NCBI GenBank assembly: GCA_017420505.1
Contig: JAFOIY010000079.1
Span: 1 to 45,555 of the forward strand
DNA length: 45,555 nt
Reading direction: 5' to 3'
DNA from: Solobacterium sp.
GTDB taxonomy: Bacteria > Bacillota_I > Bacilli_A > Erysipelotrichales > Erysipelotrichaceae
The notes beneath the pieces were generated by a model. That model saw nothing but the letters and a program-made list of their open reading frames with translations, was not told the origin of the DNA and did no database searches. A program made the translations under genes and the position numbers. Positions 32,797-41,222 of this stretch are shown here, in pieces. Position 1 is the stretch's first letter. Every line of letters begins with the position of its first letter.

Positions 32797-33588
32797 TTAC
32801 TTGCCTTTGAATTCTGCCTGCTTGCCCTGGATGACAGCGAGCAGTCCCTCACGGCTGTCTTCTGTCGCACCGACAATCTTCGCCGTCTCTACTTCATAAT
32901 TCCTGGCTTCCGCAAAGGTGCCGTAGATGGCCTTGCGTACGCATTCCTTGAAGTAGCGTACCGCGATCGGTCCGGCAGTGGACATCTTCTTCGCAATCTG
33001 CAGGCCGATGTCGTAGACTTCATCATCGGGCACAACTTTACTGATGAGCCCGAGTTCATAGGCCTGCTGACCGGTGAAGTCTTCGTTCAGGAACATGTAG
33101 TCCATCATCTTGTTGCGGCCGATCCAGATCGGCAGACGCAGGCTGCTCATGCCCCAGGAACCGACGGTAGCGTAGTAGATGTCGCCGTCGTGGATGCGCA
33201 GGTTTTCAGAACCGATGCGGATGTCGAAGGCACTGAAGATGGCAGTGGAGCCGCCTACAACAAGGCCTCTCGCCGCGACGATGGTTCCTTTGGGATAGTT
33301 GTCAATGCACTCGACAAGCCGGCTGCCCAGTTCGGAGAAGGACTCAGGAATATCCTCCGCCTGTCCGGAGAAGGCTTTGCGGATATCATCAGCGTCCGCG
33401 CCGGCGGAGAAATGCTCTCCGGTGCTCTGCATGTAGACGGTACGGATGCTGTCGTCATTTTCAAATTCTTTGAATGCTTCATAGACTTCTTTGAGCATCC
33501 GTTTGGAGAAAGAGTTCCGCGGGGGATTGTTCAGCGTAATGATGCCGACCATTCCGTCCCGGGACAGTTTGATCTGTGTATAATCCAT
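32797..33588 (-). CDS. Enoyl-CoA hydratase/isomerase (crotonase) family protein
   Basis: ITLNNPPRNS, FSAGAD, AYELGLISKVVP, TEDSREG; SD AGGAGG upstream of ATG 33588; TATAAT on the minus strand at 33611-33616. Confidence 0.88.
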   Translation of the reverse strand: MDYTQIKLSRDGMVGIITLNNPPRNSFSKRMLKEVYEAFKEFENDDSIRTVYMQSTGEHFSAGADADDIRKAFSGQAEDIPESFSELGSRLVECIDNYPKGTIVAARGLVVGGSTAIFSAFDIRIGSENLRIHDGDIYYATVGSWGMSSLRLPIWIGRNKMMDYMFLNEDFTGQQAYELGLISKVVPDDEVYDIGLQIAKKMSTAGPIAVRYFKECVRKAIYGTFAEARNYEVETAKIVGATEDSREGLLAVIQGKQAEFKGK

Positions 33589-33703
33589 AGGGTTATTCCT
33601 CCTGAGAACCATTATAGGAGATAGAAGATGCACTGTCCTGCAGAAAAGGTACGGAGCGCTGGAAAAACGTCACTGTTTCTGAAAGCAATGAAACAAAACC
33701 CCG

Positions 33704-33712
33704 TGATACAAT
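33704..33712 (+). promoter_or_regulatory. Extended -10 (TGaTACAAT) for the DIP1984-family gene
   Basis: TGnTACAAT about 30 nt upstream of ATG 33742, followed by the SD AGAGGAG. Confidence 0.55.
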
Positions 33713-33741
33713 ATCAATGCAGAGGAGAGAGAGGGCAGACT

Positions 33742-34200
33742 ATGAAACTGGCAGAAGCGCTGCAGGAAAGAGCGGATCTGAACAATAAGATTGATGAACT
33801 GAGAAGAAGACTGGGAAACGGAATGCTGGTCCAGGAGGGGGAGAAGCCCAATGAGGACCCTGAGGAACTGCTGAAGGAACTGAACGGGGCACTGGAACGG
33901 CTGGAAGTGCTCATGGGTGCGATCAATCTGACCAACTGCCGGACAAAGGCAGCCGGTATGAGCCTGACAGAGATCATTGCCAGGAAGGATGCGCTGATGG
34001 TGAAGGTATCCGCGTACCGGGATCTGGTTCACCTTGCCGGGCAGAATACCAACCGGGCAAGAGGAACGGAAATCAAGGTACGGCCTACCGTCAATGTCCG
34101 TGAAATGCAGAAAACAGTGGATGAAACTGCAAAGGAGATCCGCAGGCTGGACAATCTGCTGCAGGAGACGAACTGGAAAACAAAGCTGATTGAGAAGTAA
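33742..34200 (+). CDS. DIP1984-family coiled-coil protein (152 aa)
   Basis: MKLAEALQERADL N-terminus, VQEGEKPNEDP, INLTN, and C-terminal IRRLDNLLQETNW, recognised from memory as DIP1984-like signatures. Confidence 0.8.
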   Translation: MKLAEALQERADLNNKIDELRRRLGNGMLVQEGEKPNEDPEELLKELNGALERLEVLMGAINLTNCRTKAAGMSLTEIIARKDALMVKVSAYRDLVHLAGQNTNRARGTEIKVRPTVNVREMQKTVDETAKEIRRLDNLLQETNWKTKLIEK

Positions 34201-34201
34201 A

Positions 34202-34386
34202 CCCTCAGCAGGTAGTTCTTCAGGTGTGTATATCAGGCCCCAGCAGCCTTACGCTGGATCACTTGGATGGTGTACTGTGGACGGGTACAGGGGTTCGAAT
34301 CCTCGAGCATTGTCATGTCCCGATTGCGTATACATGCATGAATCATAACGCATGGTTATCACCGGATATAGACTGAAGAACGAGGG
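34202..34386 (+). ncRNA. Candidate structured RNA with end-to-end pairing and a tRNA-like T-arm
   Basis: CCCTC/GAGGG, GTTCTTCAG/CTGAAGAAC and TATATC/GATATA close the element; internal hairpins include GGGG-TTCGAAT-CCTC. No credible ORF. Confidence 0.6.
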
Positions 34387-34409
34387 CGGCGACCGGGGAC
34401 AGATAGGGT

Positions 34410-34438
34410 TTGCAGAGCAGGTTTTATTCTGCTATAAT
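34410..34438 (+). promoter_or_regulatory. SigA promoter of secG
   Basis: TTGCAG (34410-34415), 17 bp spacer, TATAAT (34433-34438) with a TG extension. Confidence 0.75.
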
Positions 34439-34458
34439 ATCCGAGCACACAGGGAGAG

Positions 34459-34692
34459 TTGTTGAATATGCTGAATGCACTGTTGATGATTGTTTCGGCA
34501 ATCCTGATCATATTGAGTCTGCTGCAGTCCGGAAAGTCGGACGGAATCTCAGGGGCTTTTACCGGAAACGGCGATCTGAATCTGTTCCAGAACTCCAAGG
34601 AGAGAGGTTCAGAGAAAACACTGACCAACGTAACGATGGTTATGGGAATCATCTTCTTCGCGCTGGTCATTGCGATCCGCATGATCGGATAA
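34459..34692 (+). CDS. secG: Preprotein translocase subunit SecG
   Basis: Two TM helices flanking LLQSGKSDGISGAF...KERG; upstream of rnr-smpB. The start may be 34462 or 34468. Confidence 0.9.
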   Translation: MLNMLNALLMIVSAILIILSLLQSGKSDGISGAFTGNGDLNLFQNSKERGSEKTLTNVTMVMGIIFFALVIAIRMIG

Positions 34693-34694
34693 TC

Positions 34695-34724
34695 AACCGA
34701 TGGGATTCATCGGTTTGTTTTTTT
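34695..34724 (+). terminator. Terminator/attenuator between secG and rnr
   Basis: AACCGATG-GGATT-CATCGGTT followed by TGTTTTTTT. Confidence 0.75.
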
Positions 34725-36875
34725 ATGGAAATGATGGATGAAGGAAAAGTACTGGAGAGCATCCGGTCGGAGAACAAGCCGGTCACAATGACCAGGCTGG
34801 AAGAGAAGCTCGGTGTCAGGACATCGGGTGATTTTGCTGTACTGAGCAGGATTCTGGGGATTCTGGAGGACAAAAGCCTGCTGTTCCGTACCCGGGACAA
34901 CCGGTATATAACAGCCGAGCAGAAAGGATATGTCATCGGCAGGATCCACGTAACGGTCCAGTCTGTCGGATTCGTGGACACAGAGAACGGCTCTGTACGC
35001 ATCGAAAAGGAAGACCTGAACGGTGCGATGAACGGGGATGAAGTAGTGGCCGGTGAGAACCGGGTGCTGTCCGTGCTGAAACGGGCAGCCAGTGAAGTGA
35101 CCGGTACATTTACGGCGAAGGGAAAACGGCTGGTCTGTGTACTGAACGATCCGCGTACGGAAGCCATGCGGCATGTGCTGCACTTCCCGAAGGAACTGGG
35201 TCCGAAGGCGGGGATGAGCGTTGTGATGAAAATCGTGGACTATGGACCGCCGGCGCATCTGGAGTATGTCCGTACGCTCGGAGACGCAAGAGATCCGGAA
35301 ACGGCCTGTGAAGCGCTGCTGATCGACTGCGGCGTACGGACACAGTATCCGGAGGAAGTACTGCAGGAAGCGGAAGCGATGCCCCGGGCGGTGGAAGACA
35401 TCAGCGGCAGAACAGATCTGAGGAATGAAATGACAGTGACGATTGACGGCGATGATTCCAAGGACTTTGACGATGCCGTATCCGTCAGCCGGATGCCGGA
35501 AGGCTGGCGGCTGAAGGTATCCATAGCGGATGTCTCCTGGTATGTCAGGGAAGGGAGCGCATTGGACAAGGAGGCGTTCCTGCGCGGCTGTTCCGTCTAT
35601 ACCCCGGTCAGAACGGAAGGGATGCTGCCGGTGCAGCTGAGCAACGGCATCTGCAGCCTGAATCCCGGTGTGGACCGGCTGACCCTGACCTGCGATATGG
35701 TCATAGCCGAAGACGGTCATACGGAATCGTACACTGTGTATCCGTCCGTCATCCGTTCCAATGAACGCATGACGTACCGGAACGTCAATGCCGTGCTGGA
35801 CGGAAACCCGGAGATCTGCGGAAGATATGAGCGGTACGTCCCGTTCCTGCAGGAACTGGCAGCGTGCGCGGATGCCATCAGGACGCACCGTCATGATAAG
35901 GGGGCGATTGACTTCAATGTTCTGGAAGCGGAAATCGAAGTCAATGCCCGCGGCTATGCCGTCAATGTAAAGGAACAGGAGCGCGGTCATGCGGAGCGGA
36001 TCATCGAAGACTGCATGATTGCGGCGAATGTATGCGTAGCGCAGCTGATGCGGACAAACGGAATCCCGGCGGTATACCGGGTGCACGGTGAACCGGAATA
36101 CAAGCGTCTGGAAAGCTTCCGGCGGATTTCCGCACTTTTCGGGCAGCCGTTCAATGCGAAAGGGAATGTACAGCAGAAGGATCTCCAGGCATATCTGGAA
36201 TCTGTGGAGGGCAGTGCGAATGAAACCGTCATTGCCCAGCAGCTGCTGCAGTGCATGGCCAAAGCCTATTACAGTGAGTCAGGTACCGGGCATTACGGAC
36301 TGGCGGAGGAAGACTACCTGCACTTCACGTCCCCGATCCGGCGCTATCCGGATCTCCTTGTCCACCGGATGCTCAGAAAGCATCTGTTCGAAAAGAACAG
36401 TGATCCGATGGATGCTGCAGTCTGCGCCGAGGCAGCGGTGCAGTCCAGCGAACGGGAGCGGATCAGCGTAGATGCGGAGCGGAAGTGCGATGCAGTGAAA
36501 TCCGCGGAGTATATGCTGTCGCAGAAGGGCAGGAAGTTCCGCGGTGTAATCTGCTCGGTGAACCGGTCAGGTATGTATGTACGTCTGCCGAATACCGTAG
36601 AGGGACTGGTATCCATGAAATCCCTGGAAGACGATTACTATGAGTTCGATGAAATGAACCGGGCAATAACAGGCAGAAGGACGCACCGGACATTCCGGCT
36701 CGGAGAAGAGATCGAAGTACTGGTTGCCGACGCGTCCGTGGAGAAGGGCACAGTCGACTTCACCATTGAACAAAAGCCGGCAGCACGCAGACCGGAGCGC
36801 GGGAAGCGTCAGGATATGAGAAGAGGAGGTGCACGCCGTGGCAGAAAAAACGGGAGAAAAGAATATCGTCGTTAA
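34725..36875 (+). CDS. rnr: Ribonuclease R
   Basis: TIDGDDSKDFDDAVS, LSNGICSL, HYGLA..YLHFTSPIRRYPDL, S1 domain and a basic tail. The start is uncertain (34725, 34731 or 34734). Confidence 0.92.
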   Translation: MEMMDEGKVLESIRSENKPVTMTRLEEKLGVRTSGDFAVLSRILGILEDKSLLFRTRDNRYITAEQKGYVIGRIHVTVQSVGFVDTENGSVRIEKEDLNGAMNGDEVVAGENRVLSVLKRAASEVTGTFTAKGKRLVCVLNDPRTEAMRHVLHFPKELGPKAGMSVVMKIVDYGPPAHLEYVRTLGDARDPETACEALLIDCGVRTQYPEEVLQEAEAMPRAVEDISGRTDLRNEMTVTIDGDDSKDFDDAVSVSRMPEGWRLKVSIADVSWYVREGSALDKEAFLRGCSVYTPVRTEGMLPVQLSNGICSLNPGVDRLTLTCDMVIAEDGHTESYTVYPSVIRSNERMTYRNVNAVLDGNPEICGRYERYVPFLQELAACADAIRTHRHDKGAIDFNVLEAEIEVNARGYAVNVKEQERGHAERIIEDCMIAANVCVAQLMRTNGIPAVYRVHGEPEYKRLESFRRISALFGQPFNAKGNVQQKDLQAYLESVEGSANETVIAQQLLQCMAKAYYSESGTGHYGLAEEDYLHFTSPIRRYPDLLVHRMLRKHLFEKNSDPMDAAVCAEAAVQSSERERISVDAERKCDAVKSAEYMLSQKGRKFRGVICSVNRSGMYVRLPNTVEGLVSMKSLEDDYYEFDEMNRAITGRRTHRTFRLGEEIEVLVADASVEKGTVDFTIEQKPAARRPERGKRQDMRRGGARRGRKNGRKEYRR

Positions 36876-37299
36876 CCGGCGGGCAACCCATGATTATTTC
36901 ATAGAAGAGCGTATAGAGGCCGGCATTGAACTGACAGGTACGGAGATCAAGTCCGTGCGGAAGGGCAAGGTGCAGTTCGCAGATTCCTGGATCACCATCG
37001 TCAAAGGGGAAGCCTGGATCAAAGGAATGCATATCTCACCGTACGAATACGGCAATATCTTCAACGTAGATGAGACACGTGACCGGCGTCTGCTGCTGCA
37101 TAAGCTCGAGATCCGCCGGCTGTACGATAAAGTGCGCCTGAAGGGATTCACCCTGATTCCGGTCCGGATGTACCTGAAGAACGGCAGGGCGAAGATGGAG
37201 ATTGCCCTGGCCAGGGGCAAGAACCTGTATGACAAGCGGGAGTCCGCAAAGCTGCGGGATGCCAAGAGAGAAATGGAGAAAGCGTTGAAGCTGAAATGA
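36838..37299 (+). CDS. smpB: SsrA-binding protein
   Basis: NRRATHDYFI, EAGIELTGTEIKSVR, HISPY, RRLLLHK, GKNLYDKRE; GTG start after AGGAGG. Confidence 0.96.
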   Translation: MAEKTGEKNIVVNRRATHDYFIEERIEAGIELTGTEIKSVRKGKVQFADSWITIVKGEAWIKGMHISPYEYGNIFNVDETRDRRLLLHKLEIRRLYDKVRLKGFTLIPVRMYLKNGRAKMEIALARGKNLYDKRESAKLRDAKREMEKALKLK

Positions 37300-37808
37300 T
37301 CATGGAAGACTTTATGGAAATACTGAGAGCCCATCTGTCCCGGTATCCGGAAATGCGTCCGGAAGACTGCATCAAGCTGCTCTACCAGCATCATTTCGGT
37401 CCCGGCCATGCGATCGGTGATGAGCAGCAGGCACTGCAGGCTCTGCAGGAAGAGTGCCGGAATCTTCCCGACAGTGAAGAGGAACTGTTCATGCCCATCG
37501 GCCACTGGCTGGTGCGGATGGATCTGCGCCAGGCGATGAAGCAGTACACACCGGAGCAGATCAACCGCTGGTCTGTCCAGACAGCCGCAAACTGCCGCGG
37601 CTCCATGGCAGAGTTCATGCAGGACCTGAAGGAACTGAAGAAGAACATCACACAGCTTCCGGTGCTGTTTGATCAGGAAGCGTTTGATGTCTACTTTGCC
37701 TACTACCGCTCCCGGGGCTATCCCATTCCCCGCCACAGCAAGCAATACAGAGATCTCTATCATCCGCATTACCGGGTGCTGCGCGTCAACATCTGGAATC
37801 TGGACTGA
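37296..37808 (+). CDS. Conserved hypothetical protein
   Basis: 170 aa with ATGA coupling to smpB; motifs EDCIKLLYQ..FGPGH and HSKQYRDLYHPHYRV look family-like; ends before a terminator. Confidence 0.7.
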   Translation: MIMEDFMEILRAHLSRYPEMRPEDCIKLLYQHHFGPGHAIGDEQQALQALQEECRNLPDSEEELFMPIGHWLVRMDLRQAMKQYTPEQINRWSVQTAANCRGSMAEFMQDLKELKKNITQLPVLFDQEAFDVYFAYYRSRGYPIPRHSKQYRDLYHPHYRVLRVNIWNLD

Positions 37809-37810
37809 AC

Positions 37811-37847
37811 ATGAAAAAATCCGGTGAGGGAACCGGATTATTTTCAT
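37811..37847. terminator. Bidirectional terminator
   Basis: ATGAAAA-AATCCGGT-GAGGGA-ACCGGATT-A-TTTTCAT; six U residues follow the stem on the minus strand. Confidence 0.8.
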
Positions 37848-37987
37848 ATCTGTCCTTCCGCATGCCGTCGGAGAACAGGAGATTGCAGATACAGCTACGG
37901 GCTAAGGAGAACATTTCCGGAGATAGGACAGTTGCCTGAAGGAGGGAGCCCGTAGTACTGATCTACATATGTTAGTACTAACTAACT
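37813..37987 (-). ncRNA. Candidate ~175-nt small RNA with CUCC-rich loops
   Basis: Has its own promoter (TTGACG-17-TATATT), a long stem (CTACGGGCT/AGCCCGTAG) and a terminator, with no credible ORF in between. Confidence 0.6.
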
Positions 37988-37993
37988 GATACC

Positions 37994-38022
37994 AATATAT
38001 ACCTGCTGTCACAGTCCGTCAA
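37994..38022 (-). promoter_or_regulatory. SigA promoter driving the candidate sRNA
   Basis: Minus strand TTGACG (38022-38017), 17 bp spacer, TATATT (37999-37994). Confidence 0.7.
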
Positions 38023-38071
38023 CAGTTTTTTGACTGAAATCAAATAATTATGCAAAACGATTGTTTTTGTA

Positions 38072-38100
38072 TTGCAATATACCCTACGGGGGTATACTAT
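38072..38100 (+). promoter_or_regulatory. csoR-copA promoter with CsoR operator
   Basis: TATACCCTACGGGGGTATA (38078-38096) matches the TACC-n-GGGGGTA CsoR operator type and sits between TTGCAA (38072-38077) and the -10 region. Confidence 0.88.
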
Positions 38101-38118
38101 AATAACGAGGTGAACAGC

Positions 38119-38430
38119 ATGAGTGAAGTGTATGAAGAAATAATGGACGGTGTACATCACCGTAAAAGGACCGAGAAGGAAAAAAGGGAACTGTCGGCAC
38201 GGCTGAAGCGGATCGAAGGCCAGATCCGCGGCATCCAGAACATGGTGGAGAAGGATGCCTGGTGTCCTGATATCCTGACGCAGGTATCCGCCGCAACCAG
38301 CGCGCTCAACAGCTTCAATAAAGTACTGCTGGCGCAGCATATCAAGGGATGTGTTGCCCAGGATATTCTCAACGGCGATGAAGATTCAGTGGATGAGCTT
38401 GTGAACGTGCTTCAGAAGCTCATGAAATAG
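38119..38430 (+). CDS. csoR: Copper-sensing repressor CsoR
   Basis: RLKRIEGQIRGI, Cys in WCPDIL, His/Cys in HIKGC; SD GAGGTG; upstream operator. Confidence 0.92.
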   Translation: MSEVYEEIMDGVHHRKRTEKEKRELSARLKRIEGQIRGIQNMVEKDAWCPDILTQVSAATSALNSFNKVLLAQHIKGCVAQDILNGDEDSVDELVNVLQKLMK

Positions 38431-38439
38431 GAGACGGAT

Positions 38440-41199
38440 ATGGAACAGTATCTTGTAACAGGTATGTCCTGTGCTGCATGTCAGGCACGGGTAGAGAAAG
38501 CGGTGAGCAGTGTTCCGGGGGTGACTTCCTGCGCGGTCAGTCTGCTGACGAATTCCATGGGTGTAGAAGGCACGGCATCCGCAGGGGACATCATCCGGGC
38601 AGTGGAAGATGCCGGATACGGCGCGTCCTTGAAAGGGGCAGGAAAAGCACTGAGCGCTGCGGAGAAGGCCGCGATGGAAGAAGACGCACTGGTTGATCGG
38701 GAAACACCGAAGCTGAAGAGAAGGCTGCTGCTGTCGGTGGGCTTCCTGCTGGTGCTGATGTACATTACGATGGGACACAATATGTGGGGATGGCCGCTTC
38801 CGGGCTTCCTGGTGCACAACCACATCGGACTGGGCATTCTGCAGCTCTGCCTTGCGGTCATTGTGATGATCATTAACCACGCGTTCTTTACGAGCGGATT
38901 CCGGTCTTTGCTGCACGGTGCACCGAACATGGATACACTGGTTGCGCTGGGCTCTTCCGTCTCATTGGCGTGGAGCCTGACGGTCCTGCTGCGCATGACA
39001 GTCATGGTGACCAACGGTACAGCAAACATGGATCTCATGGATCTGTACCACAATCAGATGTACTTTGAATCCGCCGCGATGATTCCGGCTCTGATTACGG
39101 TTGGCAAGATGCTCGAAGCGATGTCCAAGGGCAGGACGACCGATGCGCTGAAGGGTCTGATGAAGCTGGCACCGAAGACGGCCGTGCTGCTCAGGGACGG
39201 CGCTGAGACGGAAGTCAGCATCGATGAAGTCATGAGCGGTGATGTATTTGTAGTCCGTCCCGGGGAAAGCATTCCGGTGGACGGCATCGTACTGGAAGGA
39301 TCCAGCGCTGTAAACGAATCGGCCCTGACCGGAGAAAGCATTCCGGTTGACAAGGTTCCGGGAGACAAGGTCTCTGCTGCGACCATCAACCAGTCCGGCT
39401 ATATCCAGTGCCGGGCCACCCGGGTCGGTGAGGATACCACACTGTCGCAGATCATCCGCATGGTGAGCGATGCGGCAGCCACGAAGGCACCGATCGCCCG
39501 GATCGCAGACAAGGTATCCGGTGTATTCGTACCGGCAGTCATTGCCATTGCGGCGGTCACGACCGGAGGCTGGCTCCTGGCCGGGGCACCGCTGGCACAG
39601 GCGCTGGAGCGGGGCATCTCCGTCCTGGTGATCTCTTGCCCGTGCGCGCTGGGACTGGCAACGCCGGTGGCCATCATGGTCGGCAACGGTATGGGCGCCA
39701 GGAACGGTGTACTGTTCAAGACATCGGAATCCCTGGAACAGGCCGGCAGAGTACAGATCATCGCTCTGGACAAAACAGGAACGATTACTCTGGGAGAGCC
39801 GAGCGTTACGGATCTGATTCCTGCCGAAGGCGTGGAGCCGGGTGAACTGATGGCGAAAGCCTATGCACTGGAGAAGAAGTCCGAACATCCGCTGGCCGGA
39901 GCCATTGTCCGGGAAGCGGAAAGCACGGGCGTACAGGCTCAGGAAGCAGAGTCCTTTGAAGCACTGCCGGGCAATGGCCTGAAGGGTGTACTGGAGGGCA
40001 GAAGCCTGTACGGCGGCAGCCGGAAGTTCATTGCCGGTCTGGCGGCGATCCCGGCAGAGCTGGCAGAGCAGGCGGATGGATTGGCGGAGCAGGGAAAGAC
40101 ACCGCTGTTCTTCATGGAAGACGGCAAAGTGCTCGGCATCATCGCGGTAGCGGATGTCATCAAGGAAGATTCCCCGCAGGCAATCCAGGAACTCCGGAAC
40201 ATGGGCATTGAAGTCGTGATGCTGACAGGTGACAACGAGAAGACAGCGAAAGCGATCGGCAGACAGGCCGGTGTGGATCGTGTGGTAGCGGGTGTACTGC
40301 CGGACGGCAAGGAGACGGTCATCCGGGAGCTGCAGAAACGCGGCAGGACCGCAATGGTCGGCGATGGAATCAACGATGCACCGGCGCTTACCCGGGCAGA
40401 TACCGGCATTGCGATCGGCGCCGGTACGGATGTAGCGATTGATTCCGCGGACATCGTACTGATGAACAGCCGGCTGAGCGATGTGGCTGCTGCAGTGCGT
40501 CTGAGCCGCAGAACGCTGCAGCACATCCACCAGAACCTGTTCTGGGCCTTCTTCTACAACCTGATCCTGATTCCGGTTGCGGCAGGACTGACACCGTTGA
40601 AGATCAATCCGATGATGGGCGCTGCGGCGATGAGCCTGTCCAGCTTCACAGTCTGCATGAATGCGCTGCGCCTGAATCTGTTCAATATGCATGATGCCTC
40701 AAAGGACAGGCCTTTGGCGCATCCTGCACAGCCGGAAGAAGAAAAGAAGAAAGAAGATACAATGGAAACAGTACTGAAAGTGGAAGGAATGATGTGTGAG
40801 CATTGCGAAAACAGGGTGCAGAATGCTTTAATGAAGATTAAGGGTGTGCAGTCCGCAAAGGCGGATTATCATACCGGTACGGTCAAGGTGGAAACGATCG
40901 GGACAGTCGATCCTGAACGGATGAAGCAGGCCGTAGAAGCAGAAGACTATACCTGTCTGGGAATTGTCGGTGAAGAGGAGGACAAGCATATGAAGGTAGT
41001 AATGAAGATTGAAGGAATGATGTGCCCGCACTGTGAGATGACGGTCAAAAAGGCGCTGGAAGGCGTGGACGGTGTCATCAGCGCAGCAGCGGACCATGAG
41101 AAGAACGAAGCGGTTGTTGAAGTGGAAGGTACGGTGGACCGTGAAGCCCTGAAGCAGGCCGTAGAAGCGAAGGATTACAAGGTTACAGAGATTGCGTAG
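38440..41199 (+). CDS. copA: Cu(I)-translocating P1B-type ATPase with one N-terminal and two C-terminal HMA domains
   Basis: [40 protein letters not shown] and MSLSS; C-terminal GMMCEHC and GMMCPHC. Confidence 0.95.
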   Translation: MEQYLVTGMSCAACQARVEKAVSSVPGVTSCAVSLLTNSMGVEGTASAGDIIRAVEDAGYGASLKGAGKALSAAEKAAMEEDALVDRETPKLKRRLLLSVGFLLVLMYITMGHNMWGWPLPGFLVHNHIGLGILQLCLAVIVMIINHAFFTSGFRSLLHGAPNMDTLVALGSSVSLAWSLTVLLRMTVMVTNGTANMDLMDLYHNQMYFESAAMIPALITVGKMLEAMSKGRTTDALKGLMKLAPKTAVLLRDGAETEVSIDEVMSGDVFVVRPGESIPVDGIVLEGSSAVNESALTGESIPVDKVPGDKVSAATINQSGYIQCRATRVGEDTTLSQIIRMVSDAAATKAPIARIADKVSGVFVPAVIAIAAVTTGGWLLAGAPLAQALERGISVLVISCPCALGLATPVAIMVGNGMGARNGVLFKTSESLEQAGRVQIIALDKTGTITLGEPSVTDLIPAEGVEPGELMAKAYALEKKSEHPLAGAIVREAESTGVQAQEAESFEALPGNGLKGVLEGRSLYGGSRKFIAGLAAIPAELAEQADGLAEQGKTPLFFMEDGKVLGIIAVADVIKEDSPQAIQELRNMGIEVVMLTGDNEKTAKAIGRQAGVDRVVAGVLPDGKETVIRELQKRGRTAMVGDGINDAPALTRADTGIAIGAGTDVAIDSADIVLMNSRLSDVAAAVRLSRRTLQHIHQNLFWAFFYNLILIPVAAGLTPLKINPMMGAAAMSLSSFTVCMNALRLNLFNMHDASKDRPLAHPAQPEEEKKKEDTMETVLKVEGMMCEHCENRVQNALMKIKGVQSAKADYHTGTVKVETIGTVDPERMKQAVEAEDYTCLGIVGEEEDKHMKVVMKIEGMMCPHCEMTVKKALEGVDGVISAAADHEKNEAVVEVEGTVDREALKQAVEAKDYKVTEIA
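40762..41199 (+). repeat. Tandem 228-bp duplication encoding the two C-terminal HMA domains of CopA
   Basis: GAAGGAATGATGTG at 40783 and 41011, and TGAAGCAGGCCGTAGAAGC at 40922 and 41150; both pairs are offset by 228 bp. Confidence 0.8.
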
Positions 41200-41222
41200 T
41201 CTGCGCATCCGGAGGTGAAACA

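Noticed and set aside
34285-34310. GGTTCGAATCC as a tRNA gene, tmRNA end or att remnant
   Set aside because: There is no acceptor stem or CCA, no tmRNA-type 5' or 3' end, and it does not match the 3' end of the window's tRNA-Gln. It is kept only as part of the larger RNA candidate.
36894-37847. 317-aa minus-strand ORF with an SD-like GAAGGA, downstream of the sRNA promoter
   Set aside because: It starts inside the terminator hairpin, lies antisense to smpB and the hypothetical gene, and has no recognisable motifs; most likely a shadow ORF.
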